NCBI RefSeq assembly: GCF_009914755.1
Contig: NC_060931.1
From: the human T2T-CHM13v2.0 reference genome, Homo sapiens
Direction: 5' to 3' (one strand)
Length of the DNA stretch: 64,000 bases
Under the pieces are notes generated by a model, which did no database searches, was not told the DNA's origin, and saw only the letters and a list, made by a program, of their open reading frames with translations. Shown one piece after another: positions 1 to 13,273 of the stretch; positions within the stretch are counted from its first letter, which is position 1; each line of letters starts with the position of its first letter. The position numbers and the translations under genes are program-made.

Positions 1-14
1 TTATGTACCATTAT

Positions 15-150
15 CAATTCATCCTCAAGCAACGCTATAATGGTGGTTTCATTGATTCTCATTCTGTGAATGAGGACATTGATTTTTCAGAAGGTTAAGT
101 AACTTGCCCAAGGTCACAAAATTAGGAAGAATTATGATTCAAGTCTTTGA
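15..150 (-). mobile_element. MIR SINE fragment
   Basis: Contains the MIR core (gaaggttaagtaacttgcccaaggtcaca) in reverse orientation. Confidence 0.75.
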
Positions 151-669
151 TGTTTTTAGGCATATACTGGCAGTTATTTCTCCTTGTATTTGGGAAAAAG
201 AAATTGGTTCTCTCCTCCTCCTCGCAAGAAAGGCTTTTTATGTTTTCCGTAACTCACTCTTCCCACAAGCATCAGGCAGCATTCTATTTCTTTTATTTTA
301 ACATTTTGAATGTAAACTGGTTGTTGTGGTTAAATTTTCCACAGTTCCACATTATTATTTTAAAAAATAACCGAAGGAACAAGAAAAATAATTATGTTAT
401 TTATAAGCCTAAGCTTCTGTAGTGCTTTTTGTACAATAAAACTTAATTCTAATTTTTGTTAAGCAAATGAGGTTCAACAAAGAATATTAGCCTAATAATG
501 AAAAAGTGTAATTTGAAATACTTTATCTTGTTTTTCACATAAATTTGGAACTTTATTATCAAAAAACAGTTTTGAATGACATTTTGTATTTCACATTCAA
601 TTAAATTCAATGCAATGCATTTAATATGCAAATGGGCTGGGGAGGCAGTAAAGGAAGTTGGCATTCAAT

Positions 670-900
670 GATAGACCAGAATTGGAGCCCAAAGGCCTGT
701 GTTTGTGTTTACCACCTACTACTAAGAGCCTATGAAATTGTATAAGACAACTGTTGTCTCTAAATTTAAGCTGAACTGATGTGAAGAATGGGGGCTAACT
801 CCTACCCCAAAAGGTTATTGTGACGATGAACAGAGACAACACATGCTCAAGTGTCTGCCATTGTGCCCAAGATGTAGGAGGACTTCGAAAGAGTTTACCA
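670..900 (+). mobile_element. Diverged MIR SINE
   Basis: Degenerate MIR layout (ttggagccc...ggttattgtga...tgtgcccaagatgtagg); boundaries approximate. Confidence 0.45.
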
Positions 901-1189
901 TATCTGAAGTTTAATAGATGTACTTACAGAGCCTGAAGGAGGCTTTAATAAATGGGTTACATGGGAAAGATTTCATGGAGTATATTACATTTAAACTACC
1001 TGTTAAAGAATGAGTAGAATTGCAACAAGTGGAGATGAGTGCTAAAAAAATTCCAATAGAGTAAATGGAATGAACAAAGGCAAAAACATACCTAGCTCTG
1101 ATTAGGAGCTACTTGTGGTGAGGGTTGACTTGGCGTAAAAGGTTTACAGAAGGACAGATGAGGAATTCATTGGATGATTAGATTGGGAT

Positions 1190-1715
1190 ATTTTATTTTA
1201 ATCAAATCTGAAAATATCATCCACTGTAAGATGCACCATTATTCTACACAGCACTCAGAAAGAAAGAACACAGCCAAGGAAACTGCTACTCTAAAAGTCT
1301 TTATTTCATCGAAGAATTCTTTTAGAACTAGACATCATGTATTATTCTCATGCATAAATAGAAAAGAAAATAAAAGCAAAATAAATTGGTTCAAGAATGC
1401 TTAAAATATCTTTCTATTTGGCATCCTGGGTCATTGAAGTCCTGCATTTTCATACAGTATCTGTGTGTACCACGAAAAACACAGTGATGTGGCATTTCTT
1501 AAAGGAGCACTTCACTGTTGCTGCTGGTGTTTTTTCCAAGCTACTCAAGCCAGTTCTACGAATTCTGATGTGTGTCCTCAGGCAGTGGCAACTACATCAT
1601 AACCACATCATGACCGTCATATGGCCAGCGATTTTAAGACAAACAGATTTCAGAGAGGGATATGTTAAATGCGAAAAAATAAAGTGTGGTTCTTAGAAAA
1701 TCTTTGAAATTTGGT
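1190..1715 (-). mobile_element. Tc2/pogo-type DNA transposon relic (Kanga-like)
   Basis: Termini resemble the Tc2 TIR (tgtaagatgcacc near the left end; tcttagaaaatctttgaaatttgg at the right). The minus strand reads AWK...(frameshift)...TVKCSFKKC, like the C-terminus of pogo/Tc2 transposases. Confidence 0.55.
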
Positions 1716-3519
1716 GGCTGCAAAAGGCCTTGCAAAAATATTATGCTTAGAGTCTGTACTTGAATTTGTAGCCAACTGAGAAGTACAAAATGTTTTTGAA
1801 TCAGATGGGCACTTTGGGTAAATCATCCTGGCACCAAGATACGAGGAGATGGGAAGGTGGGGGAGCCACAAGTTCTGCGGGCTGGTGAGAGATGAAGATG
1901 GTCCCAACCAAGGGATCAGCTGAAACAATGGAAAAAAAGAGACCATGTTCATAATACTTCCCTTCATTTTTTATAGAGAAAATCTTATCTATATTTAGGT
2001 TAAATTTTGTTTTTCAGCAATCAGATGCTGGGCTCTTGAAATAGGGATAAGAAGATTTATACAGTAAGAGAAATCTGGGAAGCTCCATTTATCCAGACTG
2101 ATAGACTAATTTCAGAGGTCGCACTCCACTAACCAGAAGGCTCAACATGACTCACTAATTTATTTTATTTTATCAGCAGAGTATCAGGAGCAGCTTTTGA
2201 TAATTAAAAAAATACTTTTTTAAAATTAAAAATGGTAGACAGTAAATTTCAGCGTTTAGATGGAGCACACATTCTCCTGTTCACCATAGGTCCTAACACT
2301 AATATACCTGGCCTGACCACTCCATGTATTTATTTTTGCTGCTTAATATCTGAATTAATTTACATTTCTGACCCCTGGCACATGGATTGATAGCACTTGA
2401 CGTTTCCTTTCTTCACAGGAAGATATTTCAAATCTTGCTGTATTCAAAGCACAAAGATAGAATCACTTATGATTACCATCACCCTCTTGAATGACTGATT
2501 AGTCCAAGTCAGGATGGAGTATCAGGAACAACTGGCCTCTTTATAGTAGACTTCCACCTTCACCCTGCTTAATTTCTCTGGGGATATTTGATGCTGTTTC
2601 TTTCTCAAAATGTTTTTTCTCTTTCCTTCTTATGTTAATTGAATTGATATTAATGACCAAATTTGACCAAATTAATATTAATGACCAAATTTACCAATTA
2701 ATCTTTTATTATTTTTTTTAATCCTATGTGCTGAACTCATCATGCACAAGGAGTTTCCAGGATAAAATCTTGGAGGTCCAAACCCAAGCAGAAGGAGGTT
2801 TACAGAAGGTCCAGGGATGGCTCTGACGGATGCAAGTCCCTCACTTTCTTATGATGGCATATGATCAGTCACCATTGTCTTGTCCCAACTGTCTCCTTAC
2901 TTCCATTAGAAGGAAGTTCACTCATTTATTCACAGTCTTTTGGCTTCCTGGTTGCCACTACTGGTTTCTTAAACTTACAGTTGTGCCTGACTACATGTTT
3001 GGGGGCAAGCAGTTCTACCCGTTATTTTTACTATCTCCACACTTCAGACATACTGATGTTTGAGCCATAAAATATGCAGGCAGAGAAAAAAACAGGAACA
3101 CTTTAAGCATAAAGACGGGATCTATCGTGCAGAAGTCATGACATTAGCAAGGTTTGAGATTCGTACCTTTTTCTGCTCCTACCACACATCAAGACAGGAA
3201 CCAGATGACCTGAGAAGACAGAACCCTGAAGAAGGGAAATAAGGAGCTTCAAGGCTTGAGGAGAAGAGGAGGAGGAAAGAGAGGTAAGGTCTTAAAGGGA
3301 GAGATTTGTGTCACTGACTATGAGCAAGGTGGCCACATGGAGTCATGGAACAGCCACATGACTCAAGATCAAAGAACCTGTCCCTATTAAAACAGTGACA
3401 AAATAAGCAGAAAAGAGATGATTCTACTCCCCAAAACTCAGTTCTCTGCAGATTCTATATGGATCACAGACTATGACATGAACATGAGGCAAAGGTCTAT
3501 TTCATACACTCTGTAGTTG

Positions 3520-3842
3520 TTTTGGTTTTTGTTTGTTTGTTGTTATTTTGAGACAGGAACTTGCTCTGTTACCCAGGCTGGAGTGAAGTAGCATCATTAT
3601 GGCTCACTGCAACCTCAACCTCCCAGGCTCAATTGATCCTCAATCCTCCTGCTTCAGCCTCCCGAATAGATGGGACCATAGGTGCCTGCCACCACATCCA
3701 GCTAATTTTTTGCATTGTTTTTTGTAGAGATGGAGTTTTTCCATGTTGTCCAGACTGGTCTCAAACTCCTGAGCTCAAAAGGATCCACCTGCCTTGGTCT
3801 CCCAAAGTGCTAGAATTACAGGTGTGAGCCACCACACCCTGC
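3520..3842 (-). mobile_element. AluJ-type SINE
   Basis: Full dimeric Alu in reverse, T-rich tail, J-type features (gagctcaa, ctcccaggctcaa), almost no CpG left. Confidence 0.9.
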
Positions 3843-4859
3843 TCTCTGTGTGTGCTCGAGCAACTACTTCACTATTCACTTTAGAGTGCTGTGATTCCAT
3901 ATATTTCTCTCTATAGAGCATCATTAACTATAACTAAATCTCATCCACAAGGCCAGAAGTGCATCTCCCACCTGGGCAGTCAACAGTAAGGGGGTTAATA
4001 CCAGGGACTTAAGGTAAATATGCAAGTAAGCTAATATGTCTCTGCCTACTTGTTTTGTAGAGTATTTAGAGTCTTTTCTGATACTCACTAAAAGGTGACT
4101 GGGGTGTAGGCCTGGGTTTCCTCCTAAGTTGAGAGCTCAACTGACCTCAGAACATCCACTGGAGATCTTAAAGGGAGACCTCATTGGAGGAATATAACTG
4201 TCAAGGACTTGATGAGCCATTCATCTAAGTATTTGACTTTTAAAGAAGGAGGGCTACCAGACGTTCAGGACCTTCCCAAGATTATTCTTTTCAGAGTGGA
4301 TAGAAATTCACTTTATGCAATCTTCAGCCATATCCTGCCTTGTCAGTCTTCTCTGTCATTTTAGGACAATTTTGGGGAAATCTGGCACTGTCCTTTTCTT
4401 AGGTACTGACCCATTAGTAGAGCCTTTTGAGTGTGTGTGACCTTCACTCACAGTCTGTATAGATCTTCTAACTGCAAAACCTTAGAACAGTGAACCAGTT
4501 TCAGCCTTCATGTACCCATGGTCACGACATCCCTCTAAGTAGCTTTCGAGATGATGTAAATTTATGCTTCTTCTTCCCGATTCTTATGACCACTTCTAAA
4601 TTTCCTTGTTTGGACCTTTTTCCTTATGCTACTGCCAAATGAATGTGAAATAAATTTAAGTCAACCAGTCAGTTCAGAGCTTAAGGAGAAATGCTGAGAT
4701 GCTTCAGGTATAAAATTTCTCTAGCTCTGAGTCTGTGACTCTCCTGAACATATTTACCACCCATATGGAAACATTTGATGTGATAAATCATGCATTTACT
4801 CGTTCACTATATATTTTTTCTGAGTGCATAATGATAAATTGTTTCCAACTTTTAAATTA

Positions 4860-5100
4860 TTTAACTCAAGCAGGCATTGATATTTCCAACTTTTGAGTCT
4901 TTAGTGCATGCTAGGCACTGAGCTAGGTACCAAACATGCAAAGATGGATATAGCTTTGTCCCTGCTTCTGAGGAACCTGCAGACTTACAGGGAATACAGA
5001 GAACATAAGAGTTAGAATTCTATGTGATGCATTCTGCCAGAGTGATGCAGGGGAGGAAGTGTGAAGACAGGGGACAGGGAACCTAATGTCTCAAGAACCT
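4860..5100 (-). mobile_element. L2 LINE 3' fragment
   Basis: tgctaggcactgagctaggt...tccctgcttctgaggaacctgcagac is typical of a reversed L2 3' end. Confidence 0.55.
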
Positions 5101-5509
5101 GCACTGACAAAAAGGAAGCATCAGGACTGCTTTTGATCATGATCACATAAAGGCAGAAGCAGAACAGAATTGGGTTGCTGTGTTTTTTTGTTAGGGATTT
5201 AAATCTCTTTCAGTGGATAGTTTTACTCCTGGATTCCTGCAGTACAGGTTATGCATATTGGCCCCTAGGTCAAGCAGTTTCCAGAAGACAAGCAAGACCT
5301 TGTGTATCTTGTATCTTTATAAGGTCCCAGGAAGCATCAGAAACACAATATGACTTTGGAAAATGGTTCTGTTTCACTCCTAGTTATAAACCTAAATAAG
5401 GACAGAGCACTTCCCTTGACCAGATCATCTACTGTTCTGGGAATCTGCATTCCTTATGGAGGAAGAGCATCTAGGCTATTCTACCCACACTGATGTGTCT
5501 CTGCTTTGT

Positions 5510-5537
5510 AAAAAAAAAAAAAAAAAAAAACAAAAAA
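5510..5537. repeat. Poly(A) tract
   Basis: About 21 A, then C, then 6 A. Confidence 0.9.
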
Positions 5538-5979
5538 GTTGCCTCTTTTGATTTTTACTCTACCTTAGAGAGGAAGTAGATTGGATTTTCTGCTAGATCA
5601 ACATGTGTGACCTGCACTCAGAAACATTTCCCAGGAGGGAATATGGCAATGAATGTTGACTTCACTGTCTTGAGTCATTATGTCAGTGACTGATGTGATT
5701 CTCTGCAGGGTTTGTCTCCCTGAAGGAAAACCCAGAATGGACATAAAGATACCACTTGAGACAAATGTCCTGTCAGTTACTGAGACACTCCTGCAAATAT
5801 ATATACATATATATATATCCAGATAGAAGAAAACAGAATAAAACCTACCTAAATTTAGCACCCTGCTTATACCCAGATATTGTTGAAAGAAATAATTCTC
5901 TTTGGTGGATTTATTATCCATTTGTTTATGATGTTTTAGATTTAATCTTCTATATTTAATTCTGAAGAGTTTTTTTTAG

Positions 5980-6300
5980 CTAGAGTAAGTCCCAATAAAC
6001 AACTGGGAAAATGCAAAATGATAGGAGAAGTTTATTTCTTGTTCACACAGAGTTCAAAATGAGTGTTTGTAATTGGCAAGCAGCATTCAGCAAACCAGGC
6101 TCACTCTTGCTGCTTTGAAATTCACAGTGTAACCTACAAGAGCCTCATGAACAGGGAAGGGCATAAAGGATGATGCATGGGTGGTTTCTCAGGGATAGGG
6201 TAGAAGGTAACCCACATTACTTCTGCTCACATGTTGTAGGCTGGAATTCGGTTATCTGTGTACATGACTGTAAGAGAGACTGGTAATAAAAGACAATCTA
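5980..6300 (-). mobile_element. Ancient MaLR LTR (MLT1J/K-like)
   Basis: gaagtttatttcttgttcaca...cattacttctgctcacat...gactgtaagagagactgg resembles MLT1J/K. Confidence 0.5.
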
Positions 6301-7803
6301 ATACCAAAAATACATAGTAAGTATGAATACACACTGTTTGGAGAAAATATATTGAGCAAATAAATATATGAAAATTCCTAAATTCTTTCATAATTAAGTA
6401 AATGTACACCAAAATAACAATTCAATTTCTTATCTCTTTGACTTAGAAATTTGGTGTGAGTATTTACGAGGCATTTCTCCCCTTAGGTGAAGTAGAAGAT
6501 TTAATATCCTGCCTCTTTACATATTTCCACCCTTTAGGGATAAAAACCTGTGAGAATATTGTAGTTTCATTGTTTAGTAATTCTTTTAAATGAAATGTAT
6601 TAGATAAATTTCTTCCTGAGTCATGGTTTTTGGCTTTAAACAATGGACACTGATGCTGGGATAACTTAAGAAAATGAATTTATTGTAATTATATCAGACA
6701 GCTTAGAATCTCGTGGGAAGTCTTATAGAATAATCCTGAGAGGATAGATAGCAATTAAGGGAAGTTAGGCTGTAGGAAATATGGCCAAGTTTACACCACA
6801 AGAAAAGTCTCAAAATGCTGTCATTTGTGCTGTCACCCCTGGACAGGTGAAACTACTAAATGGCTGAACTTTCAACATCACCACTTCTGTGAATAATTCT
6901 CACCGTTTCAGTGTCTTTCCATTGGGAGCATCAATTGGGTTAAGCTCCTTTCTAGCTGTCAGGGGTATGGAGAGGGAGCAACTGGTCTCATTGTCTTCCT
7001 GTGTATTGAGAAGTGAACTTCCGCCACTTACTCCCTTTATCAGCCCCAAAACCGCATGCATCATTTCCCTTTCCAAAGACAATGCTGTCATCTTACTCAC
7101 TGCTTCCTGAATAGAAAACATCTAAAGTTTCAAGTGTTGCATCTTACTCCAAATCTAGGATCTTGGTGGTGCTCACTTCTCCTCTGTTTTGTTTTGTTTT
7201 TTTTTCATAATCATTCTTGATATTCCACAAGTATAAACTATATCGTGACGTTCAACATTAAGAACCCTGGCTAAGGGAAATAAATGGAATTTAGGGGAAA
7301 TAAACCCTGGCTAGGGGAAGTAAATGGAATGGAAATAAATGGAAAATATATATACTTGAGACATAAGGATTCAGGCAGGCCATACTTTTAGGCAGGCGAT
7401 CATGAGGCTGTGGCTCCCTGGTATTTGCATGTTCTTGCTACTCTACCCAGTTTACTTTCTCTTTCAATTCTTCTTTACTTTCTATACATTAGCTGGCTGG
7501 TGCTTTTTAGCCAACGGGATGAACTAAACCTTCATTTCTGAGCAATCTGAGGCCCTAGTAGTCCTTTCTGTATAGCATTGCTGTGGTTTTCTATTAACTT
7601 TTACTATTGTGTTTAGTAACATGAGAGCATCAACTGAATTTCATCCATATTTCTCCCTAGCCATAGTGTGCAAAAGCATCTCTATATTTTCTAGATAACT
7701 ATGATCAATAATTGCAGGTAATACTGTAAGCTTTTTTTATGTCCGTTTACTTAATGGCATGAAGTATACCAAATTCAATGGAATCACTGAATCTTCCAAC
7801 TCA

Positions 7804-8133
<330 letters not shown>

Positions 8134-9064
8134 GCAGTAAAACATGGAAGCATTACTCTTTTAATGATTTTGTTGATGTAACAGACCAGAGTAACCATTG
8201 CCTTAGAATGGGGATGTTCCCCTTAAATAAATTGTGATACATATCTGCAGATGAGATGAAATCCTGGTGTAAAATGCAGTGCTGTCGCTGTCAGGTAAAA
8301 GTATAATGCTTTTGGTTATTCTTCTTTTGTGGGAAGCAGTAAAGAAAACATTTGTCACTTTAATAATTGCCTACCACGTATCAAGACTATATCGTTTGTT
8401 ACAGTTCCTAGCTATAATTAAAATAATTCCACATGATCGAACTTGTAATACAACTTTTACACATATGACTTTAGATAATTGGGGCTATGGGGAGAACTGC
8501 CAGCCCTTCAGGTTTCAAGATAAAAATTGCCACTAAACCCTAATTCACACAGTGATGCAGTGTTGTTTTTATATTATTTGACATGAAAGGAAGAGGGAGC
8601 TTCAGGGCTCCTACTTTACCCTTCTACTATAATATCTTCATTCATGGATTTGGAACTTGGTAGAGGAATTTTGCTTGTGGATTTTCTTTCCACCTCTGCA
8701 CTGAAGAACAGGTAATATAGTTACAGAGTGAGATTTGGGTCCCACTAGGCTGTGGTCTAGAGTCAAAACTATTTATTACTTGATCCCAATAAGCTCCCCA
8801 AAATCTCTTGAGAAAGAATAGAAGGTAGATACCTCGTATGTTTTATGATTATGATTGTAGTATCCTCTCTCAAATTTAAACATTTGTTCTATTTAGGGAG
8901 TTCCACGTCTGGGAATGGATGAGTGGCCATTATTTTCAGTTGTGTAGATTAAAATCAGCTTTAATCTAATTTTTAAAATTGATTTCCTTACTCTTTAAAT
9001 AAGCAACCCTGAAAAAATTTCTATAAATATTTCTTAGTTTGTCTATAAAATTAGTAGTTATTAT

Positions 9065-9435
9065 TTTTTTGTCATTTATTATGGGAAATTTTAAATATAA
9101 AGAAACAAAAAAGTTTTCTGGTGAACACGTGCATATCAACTACCTAGATTCTACCATTAACACTTATCATGTGTTTTATCACGTCTCTATTTCTCTATTC
9201 TATCTTTCTTTAATCTGCTTTTCTTTTATGCACTTCAAAGTAAGTTGTAGACTTGGTATACATGCCCCTAAAAGTTCAGCATACATATTAGTTAGTAGTG
9301 TGAAATATTTGTTTACAGACTTTTAAAGTTAAAATTTACATATAATAAAATGCACAAAACTTGAGTGTACAATTGGTGGGTTTTGGCAATTACACGCACT
9401 TGTGTAACCTCAATGAACATTCAGATACAGAATCT
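9065..9435 (-). mobile_element. L1ME-type 3' end fragment
   Basis: aaatttacatataataaaatgcacaaaacttgagtgtacaatt...tgtgtaacc is typical of reversed old L1M 3' UTRs. Confidence 0.65.
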
Positions 9436-10269
9436 AAGTCCTCCATATGTAAGATTTCCCTTCTTTAATTTTGTAATGACCTCCGGGGCAGGTTAAGCTA
9501 CAACTTTAAGTATAGTCTGGAGATGGTGAGAGGTGGGTATGGGTTGCAGTATGAGGAGATTTGACTTTCTCTCATTTGGTAACAACTCAGGCAAGGGAAG
9601 CCCCATCAGTCAAGCAGAGGGGCTGCTTCAGCCGGCAAAGGGTTCAGAATTGTCGATTAGAGTTCTCCAGTTTCCCGAAGTTCTCCATTAAGTCCAATTC
9701 TTTCACAGAGAGATTTTGAGAAGCTGCTGATGTTATAATTCAGCAATATACAAGATCTAACTTGAATGGTATTCAGCTACCTGAGCTCTATAGCTGCAAC
9801 CATTGAAACGATTTTAGCAAGACTAAGGTACTTTTGGATTAGAGTCCATGCCTTGAACTCAGAATTTAAGAGTGTGAGCTTCAAGCTGTTCAGAACTATT
9901 AGATACAGACATCATACTTACTGAGCTTGAATTCTTTATTCTCTTTATGAGATTACATGATAGTACAACTTGACATTTTAAAATTTTGCTAAAATAACTT
10001 TTAAAATAATGTGGTGCATCTCACATATTCTAATTTGACATCCTACGTTTCTCAACATAAATTTAAATAATTGCATGATAACTTTAATTATTTCCAGCAT
10101 ATTTAAAATATTGACATTTTACAGTAAAATTATGTTACTCTTTTAATATAGCAGTGGATGCAAAATATCATAACAACTTGATACCCTCCATCATCCATAT
10201 CAAAAAATAAAATGATATCAACAATCAGAAATTTCATGTAGTTTTTTCCTCCTCAAACTCATATATCTA

Positions 10270-10520
10270 TTATACCTGCCCCCATAATTTTATTATAATG
10301 TAATGGCATCATAATATTTTTACATGTGATAAAATTATATTACATTAATATTATCAATAAAAATTACATTAACATTATATTATATTAATATTTATTGTTA
10401 TCTACACAGTAAATGTTATAATTTTAATTATAATATACATATGATAATTAATGTCAACTATATTAATATTAATATCAGTGTAAGGTAATTTTACCATAAT
10501 GTTATCAAAATTTTTTTAAT
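10270..10520. repeat. AT-rich low-complexity region with decayed terminal inverted repeat
   Basis: Very high AT content; arms at about 10322-10353 and 10470-10502 are imperfect reverse complements. Confidence 0.55.
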
Positions 10521-11252
10521 TGATTATTCTATCATACTTCTCTTTAATAGCAACAAAAATCTAATTTAAGCTATGTTTTAAGCTTTCCTTTGAGGAGCCA
10601 GTAAGCATTAAAAATATTCTTCTACATTTTGTTAGCATTATGGTATTTTTAATAAGCTATTAATAAAGGCAACACACATAAATTGTGATCTTAATAAATA
10701 TTTATTTCTGGGCTTCAGGATTGTGGGTAAATTTTTCTTTGTTTTTCTGTATTCTTAAGTTTCCTTAGTGAACATATTTTACCTTCACAAGCAGGAAAAA
10801 TACTTAAACTAACATCAAATCATGTAGATAGCATATATATCAAGAGTTATAGGAAGAAATGTACTAATTTGCAAACACGTAAGATGAGTTGGATTTAGGG
10901 CTAAGAATTTAAAACAGTTCCCATGTGTTTTTAAAATTGTAAATTCAGAGATAATTATAACAATCAAAACTACTTCTCAATTAACAGCCTTTTTTTCTTC
11001 AAGTAAAGATATTGTGTTAAGCTTTTGTTTAATTCACTTTTTTAACAAAATAATAAAAAAAAAATCTCCACTTCCCTAAAAGTTCATGATAAAGTCCATT
11101 CCTCTCTTAAGAGACACATCTCAGAAAACAATAACAAAAACAACCTCCATTTGATAAATTATAATAAATGATTGCTTCACATAATGCTTAACAATTGTTG
11201 TTGAAACCAACTGGTGATTGGTTAATGGGAAACTGGAATTCAAATAGCGTTA

Positions 11253-13232
11253 CACTATCACAAGAACAGCATGAGGGAACTGCCCCTGATGATAATCCAG
11301 TCATCTGCCACCAGGTGTCTCCCTTGACATGTGAGGATTACAATTCAAGATGAGATTTGTGTGGGGACACAGAGCCAAACCATATCATTCCACCACTGGC
11401 CCCTCCAAAATCTCATCCCTTTTACATTTCAAAACCAATCATGCCTTCCCAAGAGTCCCCCAAAGTCTTAACTCATTTCAGCATTAAATCAAAAGTCAAA
11501 GTCCAAAATCTCATCTGATACAAGTCCTTTCTGCTTATGAGCCTGTAAGTCAAAAGCAGGTTAGTTACCTACAAGATACAATGGGAGTACAGGCATTTGG
11601 TAAATGTTCCCATTCCAAAAGGGAGAAATTGGCCAACACAAAGGGGCTATAGGCCCATGCAAGTCCAAAATTCAGTGGGCAGTCATTAAATCTTAAAGCT
11701 CCAAGATAATCTCCTTTGACTCCATGTCTCACATCCAGGACATGCTGATGCAAAGGGTGGGTTCCCACAGCCTTGGGCAACTCCTCCTTCATGTGCTGAC
11801 ATTGAGTGCCTATGGCTCTTCCAGACACAAGGTGCAAGCTGTTGTGGATCTACCATTCTGGGGTCTGGTGGACAGTAGCCCTCTTCTCACAGTTCCACTA
11901 GGCAGTGCCCCAGTGGGGACTCTGTGTGGGGGATCCAACCCCACATTTCCCTTCTGCACTGCCCTAGCAGAGGGTCTCCTTGAGGGCTCTGACCCTGCAG
12001 TGGACTTCTGCCTGGACATCCAGGCATGTCCATACATCCTCTGAAATATAGGTGGAGGTTCCCAAACTTCAATTCTTGACTTCTGTGCCCCTGCAGGGCC
12101 AATTACACATATAAGCCCCCAAGGCTTGGGTCTTGCACCCTCTGAAGCACCTCTTTAGGAAGCCTAAGCTGTACTGTGGCCTCTTTTAGCTACAGGAGCT
12201 GGAGTGGCTGGGATGGAGGGCACCAAGTTCAGAGGCTGCATACAGCAGTTGGGCCCTGGGCCAAGCCCACAAAACGATTTTTCTTCCTAGGCCTCTCTCT
12301 GGGCCTGTGATGGGAGGGGCTGTTGCCAAGATCTCTGACATGCCCTGGAAACATTTTTCCATTGTTGTGGTGACTAACATTCATCTCCTTGTTACTTAGG
12401 TATATTTCTGTAGCTGGCTTAGATTTCTCCCCAGAAAATGGGTTTTTCTTTTCTACTGCATCATCAGGGTGCAAATTCTCCAAGCTTTCATGCTCTGCTT
12501 TTCTTTTAAACATAAGTTCTAATTTCAGATCATCTCTCTCAAATTCAAAGTTCCATAGATCTCTAGGGCAGGGGCAAAATGCTGCCAGTCTCTTTGCTAA
12601 AGCATAGCAAGAATGACCTTTGCTCCAGTTCCCAAGAAGTTCCTCATCTCCCTCTGAGACCACCTCAGCCTGAACTTTATTGTCCACATCACTATCAGTA
12701 TTTCGGTCAAAACCATTCGACAAGTCTCTAGGAAGTTCCAAACTTTCCCACATCTTCCTGTCTTCCAACCCCTCCAAACTGTTCCAGCCTCTTCCCATTA
12801 GCCAGTTCCAAAGTTGCTTCCACATTTTCAGGTTATCATTACAGCAGAACCCTCACTCTACTTGTACCAATTTTCTGTATTAGTCTGTTTTCACACTGCT
12901 ATAAAGAACTTCCCTGAGACTGGGTAATTTAATTGACTCATAGTTCCACATAGCTGGGGAGGCTTTAGGAAACGTAAAATTATGACAAAAGGCAATGAAG
13001 AAGCAAGCACCTTCTTCACAACGCAGCAAGAGAGAGAAGAGCTGAGAAGGGGGAACTTCCAAACACTTTTAAAAACCATCAGCTCTTGTAAGAATTCCCT
13101 CACTATCACAAGAACAGCATGGGGGAAATTGCCCCCATAATCCAATCACCTCCCATCCGGTCCCTCCCAAGACATATGGGGATTACAATTCTCGATGAGA
13201 TTTGGGTGGGGACACAGAGCCAAACCATATCA
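11253..13232 (-). mobile_element. THE1D-type MaLR element: truncated 3' LTR (11253-11387), internal region (11388-12875), full 5' LTR (12876-13232)
   Basis: Both LTRs end in gggacacagagccaaaccatatca (reverse of the THE1D start). The internal region matches THE1-int and carries the decayed MaLR ORF. Confidence 0.9.
12229..12825 (-). pseudogene. Remnant MaLR (THE1-int) ORF, 198 aa open segment
   Basis: WNSLEGLEDRKMWESLELPRDL...DEELLGNWSKGHSCYALAKRLAAFCPCPRDLWNFE is the characteristic THE1/MST internal ORF. Confidence 0.8.
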
Positions 13233-13273
13233 ATATTAAACATATCTAATAACTGGCACAGTACTAGTACTGA

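Noticed and set aside
3561-3827. Alu-derived ORFs (also 21942-22200, 39187-39542, 53403-53729)
   Set aside because: Typical antisense Alu translations, not genes
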